A DNA stretch of 64,000 nucleotides from an uncultured Muribaculaceae bacterium (lineage in GTDB: Bacteria > Bacteroidota > Bacteroidia > Bacteroidales > Muribaculaceae): contig CAJUFH010000007.1 in the NCBI GenBank assembly GCA_910585755.1, positions 4,862-68,861 on the forward strand, written 5' to 3'. The position numbers and the translations under genes were made by a program. This document shows, one piece after another, positions 9,648 to 19,771 of the stretch (positions within the stretch are counted from its first letter, which is position 1; each line of letters begins with the position of its first letter). A model generated the notes under the pieces. That model was given only the letters and a program-made list of their open reading frames with translations, was not told the origin of the DNA and ran no database searches.

Positions 9648-10982
9648 ATGCACCGCTATTTTCCCCATACAGAGGAGGATATCCGGGCCATGCTCGACCG
9701 CTGCGGCGTCGCGGAGCTTAAAGACCTCTACTGCGACGTCCCCGAAGAGCTGGCCCTCAAAGCCCCCTACGATCTCCCAGAGGAGATGAGCGAGACCGAA
9801 GTGCGCCGCCACTTCGGTCTCCTCGCCGCACGCGATATCCCCCTGACGGCCTGCTTCGCCGGGGGCGGCTTCTACGACCACGCCGTTCCCGCAGCCGCCC
9901 GCTCGCTGATCGGCCGCTCGGAGTTCCTGACTGCCTACACCCCCTACCAGCCCGAAATCTCGCAGGGCACGCTGCAATACATCTTTGAATACCAGACGAT
10001 GATGTGCCGCCTGACGGGAATGGAGGTCTCCAACGCCTCGATGTACGACGGCGCAACCGCGACTGCCGAAGCCGCCCTTATGGCCGTCGCCGCCTCCCGC
10101 AAGAAGCGCCGAGTGCTCCTCTCCGCGACAATCGCCCCGGCGGTGCGCAGAGTGGTCGCGACCTACGCCCGCTACCACGGCATCGACCTCGAGGAGGTCC
10201 GCGAAGAGGGGGGCGTTACCTCCCGCGCCCACCTCGAAGAGCTGCTCGCCGGCCGCGACGACATAGCCGCCGTGATTGTCCCCGTACCTAATTATTATGG
10301 TATAATAGAGGACCACACCGGGCTGGCAGACCTCTGCCACTCGAAGAAGGCGCTGCTCGTAATGCAGTGCGTCGCAGCCGACCTGGCCGTGCTGCGCACC
10401 CCCGGCGAATGGGGCGCCGACATAGCGTGCGGCGACGCCCAAAGCCTCGGCATACCCCTCAGCTTCGGAGGCCCCTACCTCGGTTTCCTCTGCGCGACGA
10501 AGGCGCTGATGAGAAAGATGCCCGGCAGAATCGTCGGAGCCACCACCGACAGCCGCGGCCAGCGCTCCTTCGTCCTCACCCTCCAGGCCCGCGAGCAGCA
10601 CATACGCCGCGAGAAAGCAACCTCCAACATCTGCTCCAACCAGGGCCTGATGACGCTCTACGCCTCGATTTATATGAGCCTTACCGGCGCGAAGGGTCTG
10701 CGCGAAATCGCCATGGCCGGCCACAACGCCGCCCTCTACCTCCTCGGGAAGATGACCGAGGGGGGCCGAGCCCGGCTCGTATACCCCGACAAGCCCTTCC
10801 TCAACGAGTTCCTCCTGGAGACCGACTACCCCGCCCAGGCGCTGGTCGACGCCGCCCTCGACCGCGGAATCCTCGCCGGAATAAAGGTCGCCGACAACCG
10901 CATCCTCATGGCCGCCACCGAGATGCAGACCCGCGGCCAGATCGACCTCCTCGCCGAAACAGCAGCAACCCTCAAAAACTAA
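9648..10982 (+). CDS. gcvPA: Glycine dehydrogenase subunit 1
   Basis: TAYTPYQPEISQG, NASMYDG, REQHIRREKATSNICSNQ. Confidence 0.96.
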   Translation: MHRYFPHTEEDIRAMLDRCGVAELKDLYCDVPEELALKAPYDLPEEMSETEVRRHFGLLAARDIPLTACFAGGGFYDHAVPAAARSLIGRSEFLTAYTPYQPEISQGTLQYIFEYQTMMCRLTGMEVSNASMYDGATATAEAALMAVAASRKKRRVLLSATIAPAVRRVVATYARYHGIDLEEVREEGGVTSRAHLEELLAGRDDIAAVIVPVPNYYGIIEDHTGLADLCHSKKALLVMQCVAADLAVLRTPGEWGADIACGDAQSLGIPLSFGGPYLGFLCATKALMRKMPGRIVGATTDSRGQRSFVLTLQAREQHIRREKATSNICSNQGLMTLYASIYMSLTGAKGLREIAMAGHNAALYLLGKMTEGGRARLVYPDKPFLNEFLLETDYPAQALVDAALDRGILAGIKVADNRILMAATEMQTRGQIDLLAETAATLKN

Positions 10983-10987
10983 GAAAA

Positions 10988-12454
10988 ATGAACAGAGAAT
11001 TATACGGAAAACTGGTTTTTGAGATTTCGCATCCCGGGCGCTCGGCATTCCGACTCCCGAAATCGGGCATCCCCGTAGTTGAGAAGCCGGAAGCGGCCCC
11101 GATTCCCGCGACCCTCCTCCGCGAGACCCCCCTCGACCTCCCCGAATGTGACGAACCGAGCCTGGTACGCCACTACAACAATATGTCGACCAACAACTTC
11201 GGCGTCGATACCGGCTTCTATCCCCTCGGCTCGTGCACGATGAAGCACAACCCGAAAATCAACGAGGAGATGGCCTCCCACCCCGCCTTCGCCTCCCTCC
11301 ACCCCGCGACCCCGGCGAAAGCCTCCCAAGGCGCGCTCGCGCTCTACTGGGAGCTGCAACAGGCGCTTTCCGAAATCGGAGGTATGGCCGAGTTCACCCT
11401 GAACCCCTTCGCCGGGGCCCACGGCGAGCTGACCGGCCTGATGGTGATCCGCGCCTACCACGACAGCCGCGGCGACGCTAAGCGCCGCAAGGTGATCGTC
11501 CCCGACTCGGCCCACGGCACCAACCCCGCCTCGGCTGCCGTCTGCGGCCTCGAGGTTGTGGAGGTCAAGAGCCGCCCCGACGGCACGGTGGATGTCGAAG
11601 ACCTCCGCCCCCTGCTCGACGACTCCGTGGCGGCGATGATGATGACGAACCCCAACACCCTCGGCATCTTCGAGAAGAACATACCCGAAATCGCCCGCCT
11701 GGTCCACGAGGCCGGCGCGCTGATGTACTACGACGGCGCAAACCTCAACCCGATGCTCGGGGTCGCCCGCCCCGGCGACATGGGATTCGACGTCATGCAC
11801 ATCAACCTCCACAAGACCTTCTCGACCCCCCACGGCGGCGGTGGACCCGGCAGCGGACCCGTAGGCGTCCGAGCCGGACTTGAGCAGTTCCTCCCCTCCC
11901 CACGCGTCACCCGCCGCCCCGACGGCTCTTTCGCCATAGAGGCCCCGGAGACAGCCCTCGGCTCGATTTCCGCAACCCTCGGCAACTTCGCCGTGCAGGC
12001 CCGCGCCCTGAGCTACATCCTCTCCCTCGGTTCCGAAGGACTTATGCAGGCCGGACCCCTCGCGACCCTCAACGCCAACTACGTCAAGGAGTCGCTGAAA
12101 GACTGCTACCTCCTACCGATCGAAGGGGTATGCAAGCACGAGTTCGTCTTCGACGGCCTCCGCGACAAGTCGACCGGCGTGACGACCCTCAACGTCGCCA
12201 AGCGCCTCCTCGACCGCGGCTACCACGCCCCGACGATCTACTTCCCCCTCCTCTTCCACGAGTCCCTGATGATCGAGCCGACGGAGACCGAGAGCCGCGA
12301 GACCCTCGACGAGTTCATCGATGCCATGCGCGACATCGCCCGTGAGGCCGCCGAGAACCCCGAAATCGTTAAAACCGCCCCCCACAACACCCCCATCTCC
12401 CACCCCGACGACACCGAGGCCGCCCTCCACCCCGTAGTGCGCTTCGAAGCCTGA
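10988..12454 (+). CDS. gcvPB: Glycine dehydrogenase subunit 2
   Basis: PLGSCTMKHNP, SAHGTNPASA, PLP lysine in NLHKTFSTPHGGGGPG; start ATG 10988. Confidence 0.96.
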   Translation: MNRELYGKLVFEISHPGRSAFRLPKSGIPVVEKPEAAPIPATLLRETPLDLPECDEPSLVRHYNNMSTNNFGVDTGFYPLGSCTMKHNPKINEEMASHPAFASLHPATPAKASQGALALYWELQQALSEIGGMAEFTLNPFAGAHGELTGLMVIRAYHDSRGDAKRRKVIVPDSAHGTNPASAAVCGLEVVEVKSRPDGTVDVEDLRPLLDDSVAAMMMTNPNTLGIFEKNIPEIARLVHEAGALMYYDGANLNPMLGVARPGDMGFDVMHINLHKTFSTPHGGGGPGSGPVGVRAGLEQFLPSPRVTRRPDGSFAIEAPETALGSISATLGNFAVQARALSYILSLGSEGLMQAGPLATLNANYVKESLKDCYLLPIEGVCKHEFVFDGLRDKSTGVTTLNVAKRLLDRGYHAPTIYFPLLFHESLMIEPTETESRETLDEFIDAMRDIAREAAENPEIVKTAPHNTPISHPDDTEAALHPVVRFEA

Positions 12455-12465
12455 ACCCAGGCAAT

Positions 12466-12537
12466 TTATACTTCTTATAAAACATTATAATTCTTATAAA
12501 TCTTATAAATCATTGTAATTCTTATAAGACTTATAAT
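12466..12537. repeat. Degenerate AT-rich 9-mer tandem repeat (TTCTTATAA-like, about 7 copies)
   Basis: cttcttataa aacattataa ttcttataaa tcttataaat cattgtaatt cttataagac ttataat, between gcvPB and lpdA. Confidence 0.75.
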
Positions 12538-12547
12538 CCAATTAAAG

Positions 12548-13873
12548 ATGAACGCTTTTGACCTTATAGTAATCGGTGCCGGCCCCGGCGGCTACGAAGC
12601 CGCCGCGATTGGCGCGGGAAAGGGCCTGAAAACCCTCCTGATCGAGCGCGGAGAGCTGGGCGGTACCTGTCTCAACCGCGGCTGCATCCCTACAAAATGC
12701 CTCTGCCGCTCAGCCGAGGTAATCGAATCCGCCCGACAGGCCGCCGAGTTCGGAATCGCTATCGACGACTCCCCGCAAGCCGACATCCCCGCGATTATCG
12801 GCCGCAAGAACCGCGTCGTCGCCGAACTGCGCGAGGGGGTAGCCCTCGCCGTGGCCAAGGCACAGGTCGTCAACGGCGAGGCCGAATTTACCGCCCCCAA
12901 CGTCGTGAAGGTCAACGGCGAGGAGTTCACAGCTCCCAAAATCATAATCGCAACCGGCTCCGTCCCCGCCCGGCTCCCGATTCCCGGCGTCGAACTTGCC
13001 GCCGACTCCGACGCGCTCCTCGAAATCGAAAGCCTACCCCCGCGCCTCGCCATAATCGGCGGGGGCGTGATCGGGCTGGAGTTCGCTTCCGTCTTCGAGG
13101 CGTTCGGCTCGGAGGTCACCGTCGTGGAATACTGCAAGGAAGTGCTACCCCCGTTCGACCGCGAGGTCGCCAAGCGGCTGCGTCTGGCCCTCCAGAAGCG
13201 CGGCATCGCGTTCCATACCTCCGCCGAGGTGACCTCCCTCCGGCAGACCGAGGGGGGCATCGAGCTTAAATTCTCCAAGAAAGGGAAAGAGGAGACCGTC
13301 GAGGCCGACGCCGTGCTGATGGCCGTAGGTCGCCGTCCCGCGCTCCCCGCCGGACTGGAAGCCGCCGGAATCGCGGCCACTCCCCGCGGAATCACCGTCA
13401 ACAACTCCTTCGAAACCTCCGTACCCGGTGTATTCGCCATCGGTGACTGCAACGGCCGCTGCCTCCTGGCCCACGCCGCCTCCGCCCAGGCCCGCGCCGT
13501 AATGGGCGAGCGGGTCAATCTCTCCGTAATCCCCTCCGCCGTCTTCACCATGCCCGAGGCCGCAATGGCCGGTCCGACAGAGGAGCAGCTTAAAGAACAA
13601 GGCACTGAGTTCAAGACCTCCAAGGCCCTTTTCCGCGCCAACGGCAAAGCCGCCGCCCTCGGCGAGCCGGACGGCCTCCTGAAACTCATCACCGCCCCCG
13701 ACGGACGCCTCCTCGCCTGCCACGTCTGCGGACCCCACGCCGCCGACATCGCCGCCGAAGCCTCCCTCGCGATCGCCAACAACCTGACAGCCGCCGACAT
13801 CGCCGCTACCGTCCACGCCCATCCGACCCTCTCGGAGGTGCTTGCCGCAGCGGCGGCAAGCAGTGAAAAGTGA
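12548..13873 (+). CDS. lpdA: Dihydrolipoyl dehydrogenase (GCS L-protein)
   Basis: GAGPGG, GGTCLNRGCIPTK redox disulfide, IIGGGVIGLE, HAHPTLSE. Confidence 0.95.
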   Translation: MNAFDLIVIGAGPGGYEAAAIGAGKGLKTLLIERGELGGTCLNRGCIPTKCLCRSAEVIESARQAAEFGIAIDDSPQADIPAIIGRKNRVVAELREGVALAVAKAQVVNGEAEFTAPNVVKVNGEEFTAPKIIIATGSVPARLPIPGVELAADSDALLEIESLPPRLAIIGGGVIGLEFASVFEAFGSEVTVVEYCKEVLPPFDREVAKRLRLALQKRGIAFHTSAEVTSLRQTEGGIELKFSKKGKEETVEADAVLMAVGRRPALPAGLEAAGIAATPRGITVNNSFETSVPGVFAIGDCNGRCLLAHAASAQARAVMGERVNLSVIPSAVFTMPEAAMAGPTEEQLKEQGTEFKTSKALFRANGKAAALGEPDGLLKLITAPDGRLLACHVCGPHAADIAAEASLAIANNLTAADIAATVHAHPTLSEVLAAAAASSEK

Positions 13874-13927
13874 AGGGTGAAAGGTGAAGATAATAGTTTA
13901 TAGTTTAAATTAAGATTTAGGACTAAT

Positions 13928-15694
13928 TTGAAAGCCGGATACAAAGCATTTCTATCGTTTATCGCCGCGGCTTTTGCGGTAGTCGCCGCGGGAGCCGCGG
14001 TGAAAACCGTTGAACTCGGCCATATGCCCGGAGGCGAACTGCGCCGCGCCGTCGCGAAGGCCGTCGCGGAGAAAGCGCCCGCCGACACCCTGGTAATCAG
14101 GCTGCTCGCCGAACAATACGACTTCCATCCCGCCGACGCGGAACACCGGCAGCTCTACATCTCGAACCACGACCAGGACAACCCCAAAGCGGTTGGAATC
14201 CTGATCGAGAACGCCCGTAACGTCATCCTCGACGGCGGAAACGCCCGTCTCCTCTTCAACGGGCGCATGCTCCCCGTAGCCCTCCTGAACTCCTCCGGCT
14301 GCCAGCTCCGCGGTTTCAGCATCGACTTCCCCAACCCCCATATCTCCCAGATAATTGTCGAAAGCAACGACACCGCCGCGGGAATCATAACTTACCGTCC
14401 CGAGCCGTGGGTCGAATGGGAGGTGCGCGACAGCGCCTTCGTCGTCAAAGGTGAGGGCTGGGAGCATACCCCCCTGACCGCCATACCTTTCGAGGAGCAT
14501 ACCGGCCGCGTACTCTACCGCTCCGGCGACATCAACGTCGGAGTGAAAGGGGTTACACGCGTCTCCCCGACCTCCCTCTCCGCCCCATGGAAGGACCCGC
14601 GCCTCCTGCCCGGGACCCGCCTCGCGATGCGCACCTACCGCCGCCCCGCCCCGGGGATATTCCTCGATGCCGACACCGCGACAACCATTGAAAACGTCCT
14701 CGTCCACTATGCCGAGGGTATGGGCCTCCTCGCCCAGAACTGTCGCGACATCGACATCCGCCATTCCGGCGTCTGCCGATCTTCCTACGACGACCCCCGC
14801 TTTTTCACCACCCAGGCCGACGCCACCCATTTCTCCTCCTGCTCCGGCAACGTCGCCGTCACCGACTGCCTCTTCGAAGGAATGATGGACGACGCCATAA
14901 ACGTCCACGGCACATACCTCAAAATCACCGAAGTAATAGATTCAGCGACCATCTCCGCCCGCTACATGCACCGCCAGACCTACGGCTTCCCCTGGGGCGC
15001 CCCCGGCGACACCGTCCGCCTCGTCTCCTCCTCAACGATGGACTACCTCGCCGCCCCCTCCACAATCAACACCATCCGCCCCCTCTCCCCCGAATCCCGC
15101 GACTTCCTCATCACCCTCTCCTCCCCCCTCCCCGACTCCCTCCTCCGATACATCTCTTCCCCGTCCTCCCTCCCCGCCGTCGGAATCGAAAACCTCACCC
15201 GCACCCCCTCCGTCCTCTTCGCCCGCAACACCGTCCGCCACAACCGCGCCCGCGGCGCCCTGTTCAGCTCCCCCCGCCCCACCATCTGCGAAGACAACCT
15301 CTTCGACCACACCTCCGGCGCCGCCATCCTCCTCTGCGGCGACTGCAACGGATGGTACGAGTCCGGCCCCTGCCGCGACGTCACAATCCGCCGCAACACA
15401 TTCCTCAACGCCCTCACAACCCCCTACCAGTTCACCGAGGCCGTAATCTCCATCTACCCCGTAATCCCCGACCTCGACCACAAGCGAGCACCCTTCCATT
15501 CCGGCGTCACAATCTCCGGCAACCGCTTCATAACCTTCGGCACACCTCTCCTCTACGCAAAGTCCGCCGCCTCCCTCCGCTTCCTCGACAACACTGTCGA
15601 GACCAACACCGCCTATCCCCCCTACCACCCCGCCACAACCCCGCCCATCAGCCTCATCGCCTGCCCCGACCCCGAAATCCAGGAACCCGAATAA
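13928..15694 (+). CDS. GH110 alpha-1,3-galactosidase (GlaB-like), right-handed beta-helix
   Basis: YISNHDQDNPK, TQADATHF, MMDDAINVHG, NRARGAL, CGDCNGWYESG; signal peptide; TTG start. Confidence 0.88.
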   Translation: MKAGYKAFLSFIAAAFAVVAAGAAVKTVELGHMPGGELRRAVAKAVAEKAPADTLVIRLLAEQYDFHPADAEHRQLYISNHDQDNPKAVGILIENARNVILDGGNARLLFNGRMLPVALLNSSGCQLRGFSIDFPNPHISQIIVESNDTAAGIITYRPEPWVEWEVRDSAFVVKGEGWEHTPLTAIPFEEHTGRVLYRSGDINVGVKGVTRVSPTSLSAPWKDPRLLPGTRLAMRTYRRPAPGIFLDADTATTIENVLVHYAEGMGLLAQNCRDIDIRHSGVCRSSYDDPRFFTTQADATHFSSCSGNVAVTDCLFEGMMDDAINVHGTYLKITEVIDSATISARYMHRQTYGFPWGAPGDTVRLVSSSTMDYLAAPSTINTIRPLSPESRDFLITLSSPLPDSLLRYISSPSSLPAVGIENLTRTPSVLFARNTVRHNRARGALFSSPRPTICEDNLFDHTSGAAILLCGDCNGWYESGPCRDVTIRRNTFLNALTTPYQFTEAVISIYPVIPDLDHKRAPFHSGVTISGNRFITFGTPLLYAKSAASLRFLDNTVETNTAYPPYHPATTPPISLIACPDPEIQEPE

Positions 15695-15707
15695 TCCCAT
15701 CCAACTT

Positions 15708-15800
15708 GTAGGGACGCGATTCATCGCGTCCCCTCCGGCATCGCCCCCAAATCCACCCAATCCCTCCATTTGATGCGGACGCGATAAATCGCGTCCCTAC
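15708..15800. repeat. GTAG-type REP inverted doublet (REPIN-like)
   Basis: GTAGGGACGCGATTCATCGCGTCC (15708-15731) and inverted GGACGCGATAAATCGCGTCCCTAC (15777-15800); a related single copy is at 33265-33287. Confidence 0.8.
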
Positions 15801-15915
15801 CCCGTCCGATTCCCAGAGCCCCTCCCGTAAAAAAGCATCAATTGTTCTGTGCGCACGGCGGGAGCCGTGTGCCCCCGCGACCCCGTTTGTTAAATCATAA
15901 ACCAATCTCCAATTA

Positions 15916-15970
15916 TTAACAACTTTTAACCAATTGGGGGGGGTAAAATGTGAAGTATTGTTTAATTTTG
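15916..15970 (+). promoter_or_regulatory. Promoter with TTAAC direct repeat, G8 tract and -7 box TAATTTTG
   Basis: TTAAC 15916 and 15926, G8 15936-15943, TAAAA, TAATTTTG 15963-15970; same layout at 39176-39230 (-). Confidence 0.7.
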
Positions 15971-16026
15971 CAGTTTGAATTTACCTATCAACCTACCACA
16001 AAATTAACCAATCTAACTCTCACAGT

Positions 16027-17712
16027 ATGAAGAAACTACTACTCTTCTGCTCCCTGCTGCTATCCCTCCTCCCCCTCTCCCTCCCCGCAGCAGCCGAAAC
16101 CGAAAATGTCGACTTCACAAAGGTATCTTGGACTAATACCAACGACATTTCTGACGAGGTGCTTGATTACGAATATTGCACAATAACAATCAAGCAAGGA
16201 GGTGGCATAGCTCCAAAATACACAAGCAGCCATGTAAGGTTATATGGTAGCAACAACAAAGATGGCAACTACCTAACAATAAACGGCAAAGACGGGTACA
16301 CACTTAAATCCGTCAGCTTCAGCTACAAGAGCGGAGAAAATCGTAGTCTCACCATTACACAGGACGAAACTAACAACTCCTTTCTTTGCAAGAACGAGAA
16401 TACTGCACAGGTTAATGTCAAGTCAGTCTCAATCACTTATGAAAAAATTGTCACTACTACTCCCGCCGAAAAACCTGAAGTAAGCATCAATGGTGTTTCC
16501 ATAGAAGATGGTTGTTTTTACGAAATTTCTAAAGGATCGCCTGCCGAAATTTCCGCTAAATCCGCAACATCAATCGCTATACTCTACAACAACAATGGAG
16601 ATGGCTTAGATGAGATAACAGGGAACAAGGGTTCCTTTAACATAACAACCTCTGGAGAATACATCATTGAATCAACTAACGGCGAATATGGCGGCGAAAC
16701 GCTCTCTTTCACCGTCAACATTATCGATCCTGAAAAGACAATTACTTCCACCGATGTTTGGGAAAAAGTCCTTTCTACAGATGCGATAACAGACGATGGA
16801 GAATATATACTCGTTTGTGAGAAGAAGAACGATGTTGCTTCTAATGAAGATAACGATCGTAACAGAAAAGTCCTGCCAGTTACAATTACAGATTCTAAGA
16901 TTAAATCATTGCTCGCCCAAGATGCCGAAAAACATCCGCTCATTATAAGCATCAAAAAAGAAGGAGAGAATAATTATTACCTTTTTGCTACAAACTACCT
17001 TGGGAGCACAGCTAACGGCAACTATCTTAGGGGAGAAAGCGGTCAGAACTATTTAAAAGTCGGCGCCAAAAATTCGACAAAAGACAATGCGATAGCGACT
17101 ATTTCTATCAGCCAAGGCAATGCGACAATAACATTTACCAATATCAGTCGCACAATCAAACGAAATGACAGCTCAGCCTTATATGGTGCATACGCATCCG
17201 GCCAAACCGCTGTTCAGCTTTACAAAAAGGGCGAGCCTGAACAGAACGAAACTTTAAAGTATTCCACCAAAGAATACCTCGACCTTCCCGACTTTGAACA
17301 CGACGTTACTGCCAAGACAATAACATTTACCTGCTCCAACCCCAACGTTCTCTTCGAGGAAAAGCACTATGACGCAGCCTCTACGCAAAGTTACGCGCCC
17401 AAGGCTGTTGCAGATGGCTGGAATGCTATGGCAGACGGTGTGTTTGACCATTCCGCTTTCACAAACGACATAATCCTTGAAACCCGCGCATACCGCGAGG
17501 ACGCCGACGGCAACCGCGTCGTTGAATCTCCGATTCACGCGATGCGCATCAGCGCGAGCGGTACCGTTACCGGCATCGAGTCCGTTGCGGCCGAGGCTGA
17601 GGGCGAAGGTGAGCTGTTCAACCTGCAGGGCGTGCGCGTCAACCGCGCGACAGCCGCTCCCGGTCTCTACATCGAGCGCCGCGGCGGAAAGGCTGTCAAG
17701 GTAATCCTCTGA
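16027..17712 (+). CDS. Secreted surface protein of unknown function with T9SS-type C-terminal sorting tail
   Basis: Signal peptide MKKLLLFCSLLL...; tail TGIESVAAE..LFNLQGVRV..PGLYIERRGGKAVKVIL; AT-rich passenger region. Confidence 0.8.
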   Translation: MKKLLLFCSLLLSLLPLSLPAAAETENVDFTKVSWTNTNDISDEVLDYEYCTITIKQGGGIAPKYTSSHVRLYGSNNKDGNYLTINGKDGYTLKSVSFSYKSGENRSLTITQDETNNSFLCKNENTAQVNVKSVSITYEKIVTTTPAEKPEVSINGVSIEDGCFYEISKGSPAEISAKSATSIAILYNNNGDGLDEITGNKGSFNITTSGEYIIESTNGEYGGETLSFTVNIIDPEKTITSTDVWEKVLSTDAITDDGEYILVCEKKNDVASNEDNDRNRKVLPVTITDSKIKSLLAQDAEKHPLIISIKKEGENNYYLFATNYLGSTANGNYLRGESGQNYLKVGAKNSTKDNAIATISISQGNATITFTNISRTIKRNDSSALYGAYASGQTAVQLYKKGEPEQNETLKYSTKEYLDLPDFEHDVTAKTITFTCSNPNVLFEEKHYDAASTQSYAPKAVADGWNAMADGVFDHSAFTNDIILETRAYREDADGNRVVESPIHAMRISASGTVTGIESVAAEAEGEGELFNLQGVRVNRATAAPGLYIERRGGKAVKVIL

Positions 17713-17831
17713 TAATCCCATCGCTCCCGGCGGCGCTCAACAGCGCCCCGCCGGGAAGCGCCAACGAAATACCGGCGCGGCCGCGCGAGCAGCCGCGCCG
17801 GGGTATCTCTCTCCGATTTGGTTAAAGTTCG

Positions 17832-17869
17832 TCGCCCGAAGCCCTCCCGGCTCCGGGCGATATTTTTTT
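17832..17869 (+). terminator. Intrinsic terminator (last of three stacked hairpins, 17721-17869)
   Basis: TCGCCCGAAGCC..GGCTCCGGGCGA followed by T7. Confidence 0.7.
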
Positions 17870-18120
17870 ACCCTTGTTTACTCCCTCGGCGCTCCCCGCG
17901 AACCTTCCCCCCTCCCGCGGCGTTGTTAAGGTAGAAAGACACCAACCGGCCGGGAGCCGGATAGGAAATCACGAAGGCGGTGTTGGAAGCGACACCGGGC
18001 ATCCCGGCAGAAGAACGCGGAGCGGTCCACGACGGCCTCCCCGCGGCAGACAGAACAGGAGCAGCGAGCCAACCCGGGCAACGCCGCTCCTTTATCTATC
18101 AGCGAATATCTATTAGCGAA

Positions 18121-18666
18121 CTATCTCTTGATTACCGGCCACCCCAGCATCCCGCGCTCCATGCGGAGCGTCATCGAGCCGCCGCGGCGCACGCAGTTGT
18201 ATTCCGAAAGCGGAAGCTCGAAGCTCTTGCCCCGCCCGTCGGCGAAGCGGACCTCCACCTTATATGTATAATAAGGTTCCCCCTTCACATAGCGGCCGCG
18301 CCCCACGCGCCGGCTGCGGTAATGCTTCTCGCTGTATTTCCGCTCGACCGAAACCTGCTCCTCGTGGAGCGTCGCGTCGTCGGCCCCGGCGTAGTTCGCT
18401 CCCAGGATAACGAACCCCGCGAAGAGCAGCGAGAGCGGGAAATGGCCAGCGAAACGCTCCCAGCCCGGGGCGTCGGGCCAGCGGCGCTCAAGCCACCCCC
18501 TCATCATAACCCACGCCAGCAGCGCGGCGCACAAAGCGACCGCGAGCGGCAGCCACCACTCAACCAGCGTGTTGGCGTAAAAGAAAGCCGCACCGCCTCC
18601 GAAGGCCATCAGCGCGAGCACCCACGCCATGATTCCCAGCGTCCCTTTAACCTCGTTCCATTTCAT
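18121..18666 (-). CDS. Hypothetical membrane protein (3 TM plus small C-terminal beta domain)
   Basis: 181-aa ORF with AT-rich leader and TAAATTCG at 18692-18699 (-). Confidence 0.75.
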   Translation of the reverse strand: MKWNEVKGTLGIMAWVLALMAFGGGAAFFYANTLVEWWLPLAVALCAALLAWVMMRGWLERRWPDAPGWERFAGHFPLSLLFAGFVILGANYAGADDATLHEEQVSVERKYSEKHYRSRRVGRGRYVKGEPYYTYKVEVRFADGRGKSFELPLSEYNCVRRGGSMTLRMERGMLGWPVIKR

Positions 18667-18747
18667 ATGAATAATAATTGAATATATACCGCGAATTTAC
18701 TAATTTCGCGTGCTATTCAAACCAAAACCAACCCACATCTCTTCATA

Positions 18748-19551
18748 ATGAAAAAGACAATCCTCAAAGCGCTCGCCGCGGCCCTCTGCCTGGCAGTCGC
18801 CACCCCTGCCGCGCAGGCCCAGTTCAACCTCAAGAAAGCGATCAGTGCCGGAGCCAAAGCCGCAAAAGCCATGACCCTCACCGACAAGCAGATGGCCGAA
18901 TACGTCAAGGAATCGGTCGACTGGATGGACACCCACAACCCCGTGACCCCCGCCGACAGCCCCTACACCATCCGCCTCAACAAACTCGTCGAGGGGCTCA
19001 AGGACGTCAACGGAATCCCCCTGAACTTCAAGGTCTACGACGTCGTCGACGTTAACGCCTTCGCTTGCGCCGACGGCTCCGTGCGCGTGTTCTCCTCCCT
19101 GATGGACATAATGAGCGACGACGAGCTCCTCGGAATCATCGGACACGAGGTCGGCCACGTCGGCCTCCACCACTCCAAGAACGCCTTCAAGCAGGAGCTC
19201 CTGACCGGCGCCCTGAAAGACGCCGTCGCCTCATCCGGCGGGAAGGCAGCCGCCCTCACCGAATCCCAGCTCGGCTCCCTCGGCGAATCCCTCATAAGCG
19301 CGAAATACTCCCAGAAGCAGGAGAAGGAAGCCGACGACTACGGCTACGACTTCCTCAAAAGCCACGGCAAGAACCCCTGGGGCATGGTAGCCGCCTTCGA
19401 GAAATTCGAGAAGATGGAGCAGGAACAGGGAGCCAAGTCGAGCTACATCAACAAGATGTTCTCCTCCCATCCCGAGACCGTCGAGCGCATCAAGCGCATG
19501 ACCGCCCGCTGCGAGAAAGACGGCATCGCCCGCCCCGCCGCCGCGAAATAA
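18748..19551 (+). CDS. M48 family Zn metallopeptidase (LoiP/YggG-like)
   Basis: VNAFACADG, GHEVGH (HExxH), EKEAD, SHP motifs; signal peptide. Confidence 0.92.
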   Translation: MKKTILKALAAALCLAVATPAAQAQFNLKKAISAGAKAAKAMTLTDKQMAEYVKESVDWMDTHNPVTPADSPYTIRLNKLVEGLKDVNGIPLNFKVYDVVDVNAFACADGSVRVFSSLMDIMSDDELLGIIGHEVGHVGLHHSKNAFKQELLTGALKDAVASSGGKAAALTESQLGSLGESLISAKYSQKQEKEADDYGYDFLKSHGKNPWGMVAAFEKFEKMEQEQGAKSSYINKMFSSHPETVERIKRMTARCEKDGIARPAAAK

Positions 19552-19771
19552 CCCCCGCCCGGCACAGTGGAGAGGCGTAAGCCGAGCTTCCCTGTCTTAT
19601 TCGGACTGCATGCGAATTAGACCGCCGACCCGAAAAAAGCGGCAAAAAGATGCTCTATTTACAGCCAAAACTCTTAATTTTGCAGCGCATCGCGCCCTCA
19701 CGGAGGGACCGCGGCAACCGTCCGAAAACGGCAAATAACACAACACAACAACAATAACAATTTTCACTACA

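Noticed and set aside
12466..12537. CRISPR array or replication-origin DUE
   Set aside because: No repeat-spacer structure, no cas genes and no cluster of DnaA boxes; it lies inside an operon.
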